Shown here piece by piece: positions 26,333-37,459 of a DNA stretch of 64,000 nt. A program made the translations under genes and the position numbers. Every line of letters begins with the position of its first letter. Position 1 is the first letter of the stretch. The stretch spans positions 407,464,001 through 407,528,000 of the forward strand of contig OZ024740.1 of the NCBI GenBank assembly GCA_964016885.1, given 5' to 3'. The notes under the pieces are model-generated. The model had not been told where the DNA came from and ran no database searches. It was given only the letters and a program-made list of their open reading frames with translations. The DNA is from Eledone cirrhosa. Its lineage: Eukaryota.

Positions 26333-29098
26333 TCAGGTGTAGTTTTGGCGTATTTCGGGAAGCATGAGTGTCTTAAAGGATGCAGTGTCTCGGCAGCTAA
26401 CAATTGACGCAGGCAGTTTGTTCCATGTTTCAGCAACTCTGAGCGTGAAAAAATGTCTGCGAAAGTCATGGGAGCTGTGCTGTTTTCTTATCTTGTAGGC
26501 ATGTCCACGTGTGTTAGATACATGGAGATCAAAGAGGCGCTCAGGGTTGCAGTTGGCGAGATGGTTAAAAACTTTGTGGGTATTCACCAAGTCCACTGCC
26601 AGACGTCGGAGCTTCAATGAATCCATGCCCAGGGAAGCAAGGCGTTCAGAGTATGGTAGGTGTCTGATGGAGGGTATGCGCTTGGTTGCACGTCTCTGAA
26701 CAGTTTCCAGGAGGTCAATGTTCCGAGCAAGATAGGGGTTCCAGACTGATGATGCGAATTCCAAGTGTGGTCGCACCATAGCTGTATACAGTTTTAAATA
26801 GATGGCTGGAGAGCGGCTAACAAAGGTCTTGCTGAGTGATGCCAAGACACCCTCGGCCTTCTTGACAATCTTAGAGACATGCTTTGTCCAACGCAAATCG
26901 TTGCTGACAGTAATGCCCAGGTCACGTTCACAAGAGGACTTTTTGATGTCAGTGTTGTGGAGGGAGTATGTGGACGCTGGATTTTTCCTTCCAAAATGCA
27001 TGGTGGTACACTTGTCCACAGCCAGCTTCAGTTGCCAGTCTGTGATCCATTGCTGCATTGTGTCCAGGTCTGATTGTAGGAAAGAGTTGTAAATTTCAGG
27101 ATCAGTCCTTTTGATTTCAAGGTACAGCTTGATGTCATCTGCATATTTTAGTACCGTGGCATTCTGTAAGTTGGCATCTATGTCATTAATATATGCCACA
27201 AACAAAAGAGGACCAAGAACAGATCCCTGTGGTACACCAGATGACATCTCATATGGTGAAGAATGCTGTCCTAGAACTGTGACTACTTCCTTTCGGCTGA
27301 GAATGAAGGATTTCAGCCAGTCGAAAAGATCATCCCTCACACCCATTGCAGAGAGTTTTGCCATAAGTCTTTTGTGTGGCACAGAATTAAAAGCCTTAGC
27401 AAAGTCAAGGTAAACAACATCCACCCATGAGCCGCTGTCAGTGATCCGGGTGATGTCCTCAAGGAACTCGATAAGCTGATCACAGCAGCTGGAGTTAGGG
27501 ATAAATCCAAACTGTGAGGGCCGGATGAGGCTGTGAGAGCTCCAGAAGTTCCAAAGTGTTTCTCTGACACAGGATTCCATCAGTTTGGCCATACAGCTAG
27601 TAAGACTGACTGGACGATAGTTGACAGGTGACATGCGGTTGCCCTTTTTGAACAGGGGAATGACACTGGCAGTTTTCCACTGCTCTGGAGTAGCACCATT
27701 GCTGAGACAGTATTGAAAGAAAAAAGAAAGCTGGCGCAAAAGGAAATCCCCGCCACGTTTGAGAAGCAGGTATGTCACACCATCAAGACCAGGGGAGGCA
27801 TAGTTGCGCTTATTCTTAAGGTGACGTCGCAACATTGCAGGTGTAAATTCCATAGTTGTTATGGAATTTGATGTTAGAGATGGTGGAGATGGTACATTCT
27901 GGTTTTCAACAGTAAAAATACTTGCATAGCACTCAGCAATGAGTTCTGCGCATTCCTTGGGATCGTCAGTGATCTGGCTTGTGTGGGGATTGCGAAGAGG
28001 ACCAACTGGAGAGTGAGGTCTCTGCTTTGAATGAACATATTTCCAGAACACCTTACTGTCGGGATTGGTTGCGATGCACTGTTCAAATTCAAGCACTGCC
28101 TTCTTTGTCACTTGCTTGAGATGGTTAGAAGATTTATTCCGCTTTTTTCTGTTGGCATCTGATCTATGCAGTTTATATTCCCATTCAGCGTTCCGACGTT
28201 CTTTCCTGGCAAGTCGGACTGCTGAAGTTTCCCAGATTGCACTTTTGGGGTGGTTATTTTTCCGCTTCCGTGGCACTGATGCTGCACACGCTATCCATAT
28301 TGAGTCCAGGATGCTCTGGAGTATAGAGTTCACATCTCCAGAGTTATACATCTCATGCCAGTTTGGGCGCTGTAGCTCAGTGCAGTACAAGTTCCAATCT
28401 GCCCTCTTCCAATCAAAGCAAGCAGATTGGAGATGGCTCTGGTTTTTGTTGCTGCCCTCAAGTGCCAGATTGGCAATGATTATAGCATGATCAGAGTCGC
28501 CTAGAGGTTCCTCAGTAGTACAACTGATAACCACTTCAGGAGTAGTGGTGAAGATCAGGTCCAAAGTGTTGTCACCTCTTGTTGGAGAGGTGACTACTTG
28601 TGACCAGTTTGAGTCCAGCACTAGTTCAAGGAAATCGTTTGCACCCTGTGGCCAACGAAAGGTTTCCCAATCGATCTCAGGATGATTGAAGTCACCTGCA
28701 ATAAACACATAAGTGGCTGTTTTCTTGGCAGCAACTCTGAGGATATCGCAAAGCTGTGTGTCCTGATGGTAGTTTGGGGGGCGATAAACAACACCAAGCA
28801 GAAGTGTTGACATGGTCATACGTATGTCACAGAAAAAAACTTCTTCCTGTGATTCGTTCAAAACAACGCAAGGAATTACCGAAAAGTTTGAACGAACGTA
28901 GACCATCACACCACCACCACGGCGGTTAATGCGGTCCTTGCGGAAAAGGTTGTACCCAGTAATGGTGAAAACCCCATCACAGAGTAAGGAATGTGCCCAT
29001 GTTTCCGTGACTGTGATGAAGTCAGGGTCGATGCTTCTGACGTAGGATTCGAACAGATGTATCTTGTTGCATAAACTGCGAGCATTTAAGGACAACAA
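26333..29098 (-). CDS. CR1 ORF2: APE endonuclease + reverse transcriptase (frame open upstream to ~29206, no AUG until 28906)
   Basis: EN motifs LNARS, TETW, GDFN, LDL, SDH. RT motifs NYRPVSLTS, DFAKAF, GVPQGSVLGP, YADD. CR1-type C-terminus VQRRATK...TRGH...FFTLRV..WN.LP. Confidence 0.95.
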   Translation of the reverse strand: MLSLNARSLCNKIHLFESYVRSIDPDFITVTETWAHSLLCDGVFTITGYNLFRKDRINRRGGGVMVYVRSNFSVIPCVVLNESQEEVFFCDIRMTMSTLLLGVVYRPPNYHQDTQLCDILRVAAKKTATYVFIAGDFNHPEIDWETFRWPQGANDFLELVLDSNWSQVVTSPTRGDNTLDLIFTTTPEVVISCTTEEPLGDSDHAIIIANLALEGSNKNQSHLQSACFDWKRADWNLYCTELQRPNWHEMYNSGDVNSILQSILDSIWIACAASVPRKRKNNHPKSAIWETSAVRLARKERRNAEWEYKLHRSDANRKKRNKSSNHLKQVTKKAVLEFEQCIATNPDSKVFWKYVHSKQRPHSPVGPLRNPHTSQITDDPKECAELIAECYASIFTVENQNVPSPPSLTSNSITTMEFTPAMLRRHLKNKRNYASPGLDGVTYLLLKRGGDFLLRQLSFFFQYCLSNGATPEQWKTASVIPLFKKGNRMSPVNYRPVSLTSCMAKLMESCVRETLWNFWSSHSLIRPSQFGFIPNSSCCDQLIEFLEDITRITDSGSWVDVVYLDFAKAFNSVPHKRLMAKLSAMGVRDDLFDWLKSFILSRKEVVTVLGQHSSPYEMSSGVPQGSVLGPLLFVAYINDIDANLQNATVLKYADDIKLYLEIKRTDPEIYNSFLQSDLDTMQQWITDWQLKLAVDKCTTMHFGRKNPASTYSLHNTDIKKSSCERDLGITVSNDLRWTKHVSKIVKKAEGVLASLSKTFVSRSPAIYLKLYTAMVRPHLEFASSVWNPYLARNIDLLETVQRRATKRIPSIRHLPYSERLASLGMDSLKLRRLAVDLVNTHKVFNHLANCNPERLFDLHVSNTRGHAYKIRKQHSSHDFRRHFFTLRVAETWNKLPASIVSCRDTASFKTLMLPEIRQNYT

Positions 29099-29154
29099 TT
29101 TGTACCCTGCTCGCAGTTTATGATGGTGTGTAGAGGGTGGCAGGTTGTTCTGGT

Positions 29155-30264
29155 TTAGTTTCCCAGAGTTGTAGCAGTTTTTACATTGCCAGTTATTGTG
29201 GGTAGATCACACTCAGACCAGCTGGTATCTCTCTTCCACGTTTCACCAGCCTTGACAAACCTCCAGATCTGCCCATCATCACGCAGACTGAAACTTTCAT
29301 CTTGTGCTGAGTTCCGATTCAAGGAAGCTGCAGCACGTAGTTTTGGACGTACATGGGGTGGTAGGCCTGGGCGTGTTCGGAAGGTAATCCGATTTTCACG
29401 CCCAGCTTTAGCAGAGGCCAGATGATATGAGGTTGCCTCTGCGGGGTCCGAGAAAGACAGCCTGATGAGTCTGGGTTTTGGACCAGGTCGACCAAGGCGG
29501 AGGGCACCCTTTGGGGGAACACAGCCTAGGTCTTTGGCCGAGCTGGCAGCAAATGCCTGAAGATCGGCCTTGTCCTCTGGTACCCCAATGGCAATCACTT
29601 CATGGGTAGCAGATTCCGCAGTCTTTTCAGTCTTTCCAGCAAGAGGTACAGGGAGATTCTTTAGCAAGGCATTCCGATAAGACCCCTCATTGTGGGGTCC
29701 TACCCGAATGCTTGCCTCTATTCCTGCAACTTCCCTTCTCAGAGCAGAAATCATTAGTTGCAGTTCCGCAAAATCTGTACTGGTCGGTTGTTGTTGTTGT
29801 TGTTGTTGCTGCTGCTGCTGTCGTTGTTGGTGATGATGTTCCTCCACGGGAATGGCAGGGGAGGACACAGTCGCAGGTTGTTGCTGTTGTTGTTGTTGTT
29901 GGTGATGATGATGTTCCTCCACGGGAATGGCAGGGGAGGACACAGTCGCAGGTTGTTGCTGTTGTTGTTGTTGGTGATGATGATGTTCCTCCACGGGAAT
30001 GGTAGGGGAAGACACAGTCACCAGTTGTTGGTGTTGAGATGTACTGGGAGTGGAAGACATGGGTTGTTGTTGTTTCTGATGTTCTCCCACAGGAATAACA
30101 GTAGAAGCCAGTGTCATAGGTTTTTGCCGTTGTTCAGTAACAATGGTAGAGGAAGACACAGTCATTGGTTTTTGTTGTTGTTGTTGTTTTTCAATAACAT
30201 TAATAACATTCGTGGAGGCAGGCACACAGGCCAGACTATATAACGATCCTGAGAATTGTGTCAT
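29155..30264 (-). CDS. CR1 ORF1 (369 aa): polyQ/His repeat region, coiled coil, RRM-like domain
   Basis: ATG at 30264, directly upstream of ORF2. Heptad-like ELQLMISALRREVAGIEASI. VIAIGVPE...RLGR...PRLIRLSF resembles LINE ORF1 RRM motifs. Confidence 0.85.
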   Translation of the reverse strand: MTQFSGSLYSLACVPASTNVINVIEKQQQQQKPMTVSSSTIVTEQRQKPMTLASTVIPVGEHQKQQQPMSSTPSTSQHQQLVTVSSPTIPVEEHHHHQQQQQQQPATVSSPAIPVEEHHHHQQQQQQQQPATVSSPAIPVEEHHHQQRQQQQQQQQQQQPTSTDFAELQLMISALRREVAGIEASIRVGPHNEGSYRNALLKNLPVPLAGKTEKTAESATHEVIAIGVPEDKADLQAFAASSAKDLGCVPPKGALRLGRPGPKPRLIRLSFSDPAEATSYHLASAKAGRENRITFRTRPGLPPHVRPKLRAAASLNRNSAQDESFSLRDDGQIWRFVKAGETWKRDTSWSECDLPTITGNVKTATTLGN

Positions 30265-30679
30265 TCATGTTTTTCCAAATGAAATTTCCGCACCTAAAAC
30301 TTTCTTAGTATGTGACTTATATTGTATATTTGTGTCTTTTTATACAAAAAAACAAAAAATATACGACTGTAACTCCATAAAACATAACAGGGTAAACCAG
30401 ATGTACTGCCATCATTTCTCTTCTTGTGTCTAAACCCTTTATATAAATACAACAAGCATAGGAAAACTGATGAACAAAATACAAAGTATAAACCAAAGTA
30501 GCAGATTTACACCACATTACCATAATACATAAAGCTAAACCTACGGCAATAGGACACCACTAATGTCTGATTGCACTTTGATAAGCAGTAAGTGACATAA
30601 CACATAACAACATGCTACCAGTACAAACATTCCTCATATAATCACATATAATACATAACAGGGCGTGGCAACACACTAG

Positions 30680-31037
30680 AAATGCTTTGTTGGATGTGTA
30701 ATGTGTGAGAGAAAGTCAGAGCTCAGACGAGTTGAGGGAGAAGATGAGTTTAAGAAGAATCCAAGAAGGTGTGCAGGAGAAAAGACTGCGTTGGTTTGGA
30801 CATGTGATGTGCATGGACAATGATTGTTGGGAGAAGAAGTGCCAGGAAATGGCAGTGGAAGGAAGCCACAGTAGAGGTAGACCAAAAAAGACTTGGGCAG
30901 AGGTTGTGAGAGCTGATCTCAAATTACTGAGACTCACAGAGGTGATGTCAAAGGATTGCAACGTGTAGAGAGATGCCGTGCTGAGTAGAACCCATCCAAC
31001 CCATGCAAGCGGATATAAAAATGATGATGATGATGAT
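30680..31037 (+). mobile_element. RTE LINE 3' fragment with (GAT)n tail
   Basis: ELREKMSL...RLRWFGHVM...RGRPKKTWAEVV, then CCCATGCAAGC and (GAT)n. Confidence 0.9.
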
Positions 31038-31291
31038 TGGTGTCATAATAAAATACTTTCAGTACAATCTATATAATAGTTGGCATAGAAACCATGCCAA
31101 ATAAGAGTAGACAAGACTCTTCAACCATGGATATGTCAATTCCCTTACACCTATTGCTAATTATCTTCCTTCTGAATTGAATACAATATAACCTGTTTGT
31201 TACATATATTTCATCTATAATTCTGCTTCATTCTCTTGTTATGTATTTTACAACACATTTTAGTTACATACTTTTGTTACATATTTTCCAG

Positions 31292-31350
31292 GTTTGTTCT
31301 GAATGGTTTAAGAAACGATCTGCTAGAGAGATTGATGAGATCAAATCATC
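31292..31350 (+). CDS. FPGS: FPGS internal exon (VCSEWFKKRSAREIDEIKSS)
   Basis: ttttccag acceptor and gtaagt donor. 59 nt, phase-compatible with both neighbours. CxxWF matches the segment after DGAH in animal FPGS. Confidence 0.85.
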
Positions 31351-32509
31351 GTAAGTAGTGAAAATTTCTTGTATTTTATAATATTCTGTACTTTTATGAT
31401 GAATGCCATACAGAAAGAATTAAGCTCCATTCTTATTGGCTGTGCCTTTGACCTCACAAATTGGTGAAATCAATGTGGTTAATGTTATACTTAAGCAACT
31501 GCAAACTGGTGGTTGCAGGAAAAACATTTGCTGTGAGGGAATTCCAAAGAGCTTCTTTCGGATGAGATAACAACCACATGACATCCCCCCAGGCACTGTA
31601 ACCAGCTCATGCTAGTGGGATTATGGATTGGGTTGTTGTCATTCGTCTGATCAGTGATAAGTTTCCAGGGTGTACGAGGAGGTCGACAAACTTAGCCCCT
31701 ACCAAAGAGCTAACATCCTGGAGAAGAAGGACTGGGTACAACAAGGCTTGGGTTGGGTAAATAGGCACAGTATGGGTGACAAGAAGAGGGGAGATGAGTG
31801 AGTAGAGAGTATCTGAGTACAGGTGGCATGGAACCAGCTTGCTTCAAGGAACACATGCTATAGTGGTCAAAAAGGCAAAAAAGAAGAGACAATATGTTTG
31901 AAGGTCAGAAATTGAAGTCAGCACTACTATTCAAAGATACTCATTTAACAGATAACTGAAACCTATTCATGTGATGGCTGAATAGTTAAAAAACTAGATT
32001 ATTGACCATAGATCAGAATTTCAAGCTAAACATTGAGTTGTAGATGGGTCCAGTATAGATGGACTAAACACACCCATGGGAAGAGTCACCTACAAACCTG
32101 TCTGTATTCAGGTTCGTCTTTAACCTGCCTGTATTTTTCGTTGTTGTAGTATTAAGGTGGCAACATGCCTCTGGTCGCATTTTCATTGTGTCACTATTAC
32201 CTAACTTATTGTGATCACTCTGAGGAATAATGTATTGATTACTCTCTCATTGAGTGCTGTGTAACAGCCTTCGAAAATCGATTGTGAATCTGCTACTCGC
32301 AGCTGCAGCTTCAGTTATACTCATTATATATATATATCTTTAGATGGACTTCTGCACATTTTCTGCAAACTCAATTCTACTTATAAAGTATTGGTCAACC
32401 TGAGGGAAAATCAGACATAAGTCTGCTTGATCAAAGATGTTGTGTTGCTAAACAACAACAATATACTAGCTGATTCTTTGAAATTTTAATGTTTGTAATT
32501 TTGTTTCAG

Positions 32510-32594
32510 TGATAACCCCAAAAAAGTTATGAAAATTTTGATGTTCAATATCACAGGGGGACGTAACTCTCATGATTTACTGACTCATCTAATG
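32510..32594 (+). CDS. FPGS: FPGS internal exon (DNPKKVMKILMFNITGGRNSHDLLTHLM)
   Basis: tttcag acceptor and gtaagg donor. 85 nt. LxFNxTGxR motif typical of eukaryotic FPGS. Confidence 0.9.
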
Positions 32595-32889
32595 GTAAGG
32601 ATTTTTATTTATAGGAATAATAAGGCTTTCTTGTATAGACATAGAGGTTGTAGCATTCATACCTTTTTGTAGAGCAATGCTGGTTCTAAATCAGGTCTTT
32701 CTCCAAATAACAATTTTGTATATCAACATAAAACTTGATCCGGATGAATTATGGTTGGTTTTGGTTTTCATTCTTTTCCTTTGGTAATTAATAATGTGAA
32801 CATTATGTTGGAGGAAAGTAGGTGGGTTAGCCATCCTGCATCTGCTGCATTCATTCCACTTGTGTGAGAAGGTGAGTTCCTCATATTAC

Positions 32890-33960
32890 AGAATATCACC
32901 AGTTTTTTTGATCCTGGGTCATCTCCTTCATGTGGTTTAGCTGTTTGAGGCTGGCACTGACCACATCATTCCAAGTTTTCCTTGATCTTACCCTTTCAAG
33001 AGTTCCTTTCACTTCAAGTGCTCTGCATTTCTTTATGCAACTGTCATCTTTTATAAGCATACATGTCCATACCAATGCATATGAATTACATATACATTAC
33101 ATGTCTCCTGCACCTGTTCCCTTTTATGCCCAGTTTTTCTCTCAGCTCATTGATACTTCATCACTCATGTATATTTCTATTACACATCCATCAAAGCATG
33201 CTCACTCCATTTTTTTCCAATCCTCATAAATCCTCCGTACAAAAAGCCCAAGTCTCACTACCATGTAGCTGTACTGTTCACACACAAGCATCATACAGTC
33301 TGCCTATCACTCTGAAGGAGAGACCATTTGTAGTTAACATACCAATGTTACATATCCTGCAGAAGTATGCTCATTTCATTTTCCCAGCTGTTGCAAATCC
33401 TTTGCATTCAGTGCTTACATTTCTACACCATTCAGCATCACAGTTTATAACACAAGCATCATACAATCTACCTTTTATTGAAAAAGAAACTCTTTGTTGC
33501 CAGCAGAGGTGCCAATTCCATGAAGCTTTTCTCTCTTTTTACTCTGGCTACTATACTTTCTGTAAATACACTTTATCTGCAAATCAGCTCACCTCAGTGG
33601 CAAAATCTGTCAGCTACTTTATGTGAACCTTCTGGAGGCTCCAGGCCCATTAAATCACTGATTGAGTAATCACCCTTTAATACATAATGCAGTGTCAAGG
33701 GAAGCAATTCATATAAATTTCTAGTGTGCTAAAGGTTAAGGGAGTTTCATTCAAGTGTCCCACTACTGCTAACAACTACTGTGCATCTATCAAAGACAAC
33801 ATTTATCTTCCCTGTCCGCCTAACTGTGATACCACTACAACCTTTGTACATCTGTTTTATACTCTAGGAATACTGTATGGAATTTCTACCTACTCCTTTG
33901 CTGCATATTGAGCATGTCCATTTCTCTGATAGTAGCAGTAGCCCGTCTTCTTTCCATCAC
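32890..33960 (-). mobile_element. Decayed RTE LINE fragments
   Basis: Minus-strand remnants of GRLYDAC..HGSET, GHV and GRSRKTW segments, with many stops and one partly repeated segment. Confidence 0.65.
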
Positions 33961-34045
33961 TTCTTTATTTATTTTCTATATCATACATTTTGTGAACAAT
34001 AGAGTTACAAGGAAGTGTATATGCAATTCAGGAGGAATTATTACC

Positions 34046-34435
34046 AGAATGTAGAGTGCTGGACAACATGCTTAGCGGCATAGAGTTATGGACCTTTACA
34101 TTCTGAGTTCAAATCCTACCGAGGTTAGCTTTGCCTTTCATCCTTACAAGGTTGATAAAATCAAGCACCAGTAATGCACTGGGATTGATTTAATTGACTT
34201 ACCTCTTCCCCCAAATTGTTGGTGTTGTGGCTAAATCAGAAACCATTATTATTATTGGCAGTATCGGTAGAGGGTCGGACACCATGCTTTGATGCATAGA
34301 GTTACGGCCTTTGCCATTCTGAGTTCAAATCCCGCTGAGGTTAACTTTGCCTTTCATCCTTACGGGGTCGATAAAATAAAGTACCAGTTATGCACTGGGA
34401 TAGTTGCTGGCCTTGTGCCAAAACTAGAAATAATT
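34046..34435 (+). mobile_element. Two tandem tRNA-derived SINEs with a Nin-domain-like core
   Basis: B box GAGTTCAAATCC followed by GAGGTTAACTTTGCCTTTCATCCTTACGGGGTCGATAAAATAAAGTACCAG and (ATT)n tails. Confidence 0.8.
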
Positions 34436-34445
34436 ATTATTAGTG

Positions 34446-34822
34446 AAGGCACATGGCTTAGTGGTTAGAGCATTGGCCTTGCAATCGAAAAGTTGTGAGT
34501 TCAATTCTCGGACCGGGTGATGTGTTGTTTCCTTGAGCAAGACACTTTATTTCACATTGCTCCAGTTTACTCAGCTGTAGAAATGAGTTGATAGGACTGG
34601 GGTCCCTATCATTCCACTGCAAAGTGGTCATAGATGTGCCACGGCAAAAAAGCACCCAGCACTCACTGTAAATGAGGTTGGTGTGAGGAAGGGCATCCAG
34701 CTGTAGAACTCAAGCCAGAATCAGTTCCATATGAGAAAGGCATGGTCACCTGACCTGGCATTGACCACAACAGGACAACCCGTCTAACCCATGCTAGCGT
34801 GGAAGAATGGACGTAAAACGTT
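34446..34822 (+). mobile_element. tRNA-derived SINE with CORE-like middle and RTE-type 3' end
   Basis: A box TGGCTTAGTGG, B box GAGTTCAATTC, CCTTGAGCAAGACACTT core. The 3' part (GGAAGGGCATCCAGC...CCCATGCTAGCGTGGAA..GGACGT) matches 40910-41057. Confidence 0.85.
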
Positions 34823-35137
34823 AAAAAAAATAAAATAAATAAACATACATATATATACATACAAGCACATTTATTATGGGCTTCTACATAGTTTCCACAT
34901 ATCAAATTTCACTTACAATTTGTTAACTGAACAATGTGGCTCCATAATCATACATGTTTTACACTGTAGAAAATATAAATCTAACTCTAGCTCTGTAAAT
35001 CCTTGTAATTCAGAAATTAAATATTTTGAGATTTAAGTATTTTGAAAATTAATTGTATATGAAATCATATTAATTATTGGATTATAAAATTGTAATAGAA
35101 ATTATTTAAAAAACAAACAAAATTAATTATCTTTCAG

Positions 35138-35201
35138 GATTGTAACTTTGATTGGGCAGTCTTTACACCAAATATATGCTACAGGGAGGGAAATATAGAA
35201 G
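35138..35201 (+). CDS. FPGS: FPGS internal exon (DCNFDWAVFTPNICYREGNIE)
   Basis: ctttcag acceptor and gtatgt donor. 64 nt. CxFDxAVFxPN motif. Confidence 0.9.
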
Positions 35202-35542
35202 GTATGTATATAATTTCATTGAAAACTGCTTTAAATGAGTAATTGGTAATTCTTGACCTTATTGTATTTATTCAACCGTTCAACTAACTGTGACAGTTTG
35301 ATGAGTGGCAGAAATTGCAAGATACCAGTTAATTCTCAGGGTCGACTTTTGCCTTACATCCATTAAAGGTTGTTATTGTTGCTCAATTTCAGGTCAGCTC
35401 TGAGCAAACTTTTTATCAAAGGCAGTCCAGCAGTGACCCTGATTGTTATTTAGACATTGTGTATCTAAAAATAAATACACTTCAATTTCTTAAGATAATA
35501 GGGTGGGATATGAGGAAAATTTGGCCATTTCTTGTAGGTTTA

Positions 35543-35690
35543 GCAACAATATAATGGTTCTCCCTAGAGATAGCAACAACACAGAGACTCTCTCATTGGG
35601 TTTGCAACAATATAGAGGCTCTCTCATTGGGATAGCAACAATATAAAGGCTCTCTCATTTGTCTTGTATAATACACGGGTGCTCTCATTA
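35543..35690. repeat. Degenerate ~31-bp tandem repeat (GCAACAATATAGAGGCTCTCTCATTGGGATA), 4-5 units
   Basis: GCAACAA...CTCTCTCATT recurs at ~31-bp spacing. Confidence 0.7.
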
Positions 35691-36775
35691 CCCCTGAAAT
35701 AAGGTACTGGTAACATATTGGGAATCAACTTTATTTCACTCCTTTATATTTCATGCCTTGTTGCTATGGTAGTTTGTATAAAAAAAAGTTTTGAAATTCT
35801 GAATTTGAATTCTGTCAAGGTTAACTTTGCTTTTCATACTTCTGACACCAATAAAATAAATATCAGTCAAATACTGAGATAAATTCAATTGATTATACTC
35901 CATCCAATTATACAATTTTTGCCATTATGTTAGAAGAGATTATTATTAACACTCTCTCATATATGAAGAGTAGGATTTTGGATTTATCTGTGGCACATTT
36001 TTGGTGATGATGAAAAAAGAAATATTTCTACTGCAGATTAATCTTTATATTGTAAACTACATATCAATGAAGTAAAAGTAGCATTTATCTTCAGCTATGA
36101 AGTACAATATCATCACCAGTGTTGTCATCTATGATGTTTTCAATGTAACATTTTAATGCTTGCTTCTCCATTCTGCCATACAGCCTATCTACAATCACCA
36201 CAGGCTTTTGTAATCTCTTCTGTGAAGTTCTAGACTATAAGATCAGATTGCATGATATTCTCGTCTTTCTCTTCTATAGGTATCCTCTACAACATATATA
36301 ACTTTTTACTCCAGCACTCATTGTCTATTCATATCACTATGTCTGTATTGATATATTTATCTCCCCTAAATACTCTCAGATCACTGTGCCCTAGATCTCA
36401 TGAAAGCTAACATTATACAACCAAAGTTTCACTCTTGCCTAAGTTTTCCCTAGCTTCCATGAATCTTATTCATTAAGTGTCTATGTCTTATTACCCTGCA
36501 GCACCATATATCCTGCCTTTCATATGAAGAACAATAATACATCTCAGTTAAATATTAGAAACAATATACAATTTCCACAAACCAGCTGTGTGGTCATGTT
36601 GTGTCTATCCACTTTATTTAATAGGATATTCAAATTACATTCAGACGTGAATCAATCAATTGCTTTATTGATGTTATATTGGGTACTTCTAACTTAATTA
36701 AGACACCAGCTTTTTATTTTCATCTCAACGTTTTTTTTTGTTTACATATTTTCTCTCTTTTTTGTTATTCTTCAG

Positions 36776-37074
36776 ATCAATCAACAGCTGCTGTTACTGT
36801 TACTGTAAAAGATGCCACTGACGTTTGCCAGAAAAATAAAAAGAACTGGGAAGCTCTTCCTCATAACACAAACTGTGAATCTAAAACCCATGTCTTTGAA
36901 CGTATCTATGACAGCATATTTTGGTGTAGTCAAGGCAAAGATAAAGTTTCAAATAAAACTCCTATCATGTCATCAATATTGAATGAAGCTGATCATGTCC
37001 AAATCTTAGTGACTGGTAGTCTTTATTTAGTAGGAGGTGTTCTTACAATATTTAGAGACATAAATTTACAATAA
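36776..37074 (+). CDS. FPGS: FPGS last coding exon (...HVQILVTGSLYLVGGVLTIFRDINLQ*)
   Basis: Long pyrimidine tract and ttcag at 36771-75, phase 1 matching the previous exon. C-terminal LVTGSLYLVG motif. TAA at 37072-74. Confidence 0.93.
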
Positions 37075-37459
37075 TTCCAGACATAAATTTTGTTTCCACC
37101 AAGCAGCATGCTTTATTTATTTCTCTTGAAGAACTTTCCACAAACTTTTCTAATCAACTGAAAAAGAGTGTTGAATATTAAAAGAAGATATATTTGAAGG
37201 TGCTTGTATTGTTAACTGATACTATACAACATTTATAATTTGTAAGACCATGTAGAATAGATGGCATAATGAAGTAGATTAATAGTAGAAAGTATTATAT
37301 TTTGTTAACTATTGGGCAGTGCCCCAGCATGGCTACAACAGAATGGCTAGAACCAGCAAAGGAATAACTCTCCTTATTTTCTGTGATTCAGTTAAATTTT
37401 TTGTCACTAACAGGATTTAAAACACAAACTACATATTGCCTGATGTTTGATTAAACTGT

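Larger units (their letters stand above)
26185..30675 (-). mobile_element. Apparently full-length CR1-clade LINE, antisense in an FPGS intron
   Basis: Two uninterrupted ORFs, short 3' UTR ending in (TTATTG)n at ~26182-26200. 5' boundary approximate (abuts an RTE fragment at ~30680). No TSD found. Confidence 0.88.

Noticed and set aside
26511-30243. + strand ORFs overlapping the CR1 (incl. poly-Leu/Val ORFs 29712-30243)
   Set aside because: Antisense shadows of the LINE ORFs and (CAA)n tracts.
34446-34520. tRNA gene
   Set aside because: A and B boxes are present but there is no clean cloverleaf, and it continues into a SINE body and tail.
36679-36775. N-terminal part of ORF 36679-37074
   Set aside because: Intronic pyrimidine tract. 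The coding exon starts at 36776.
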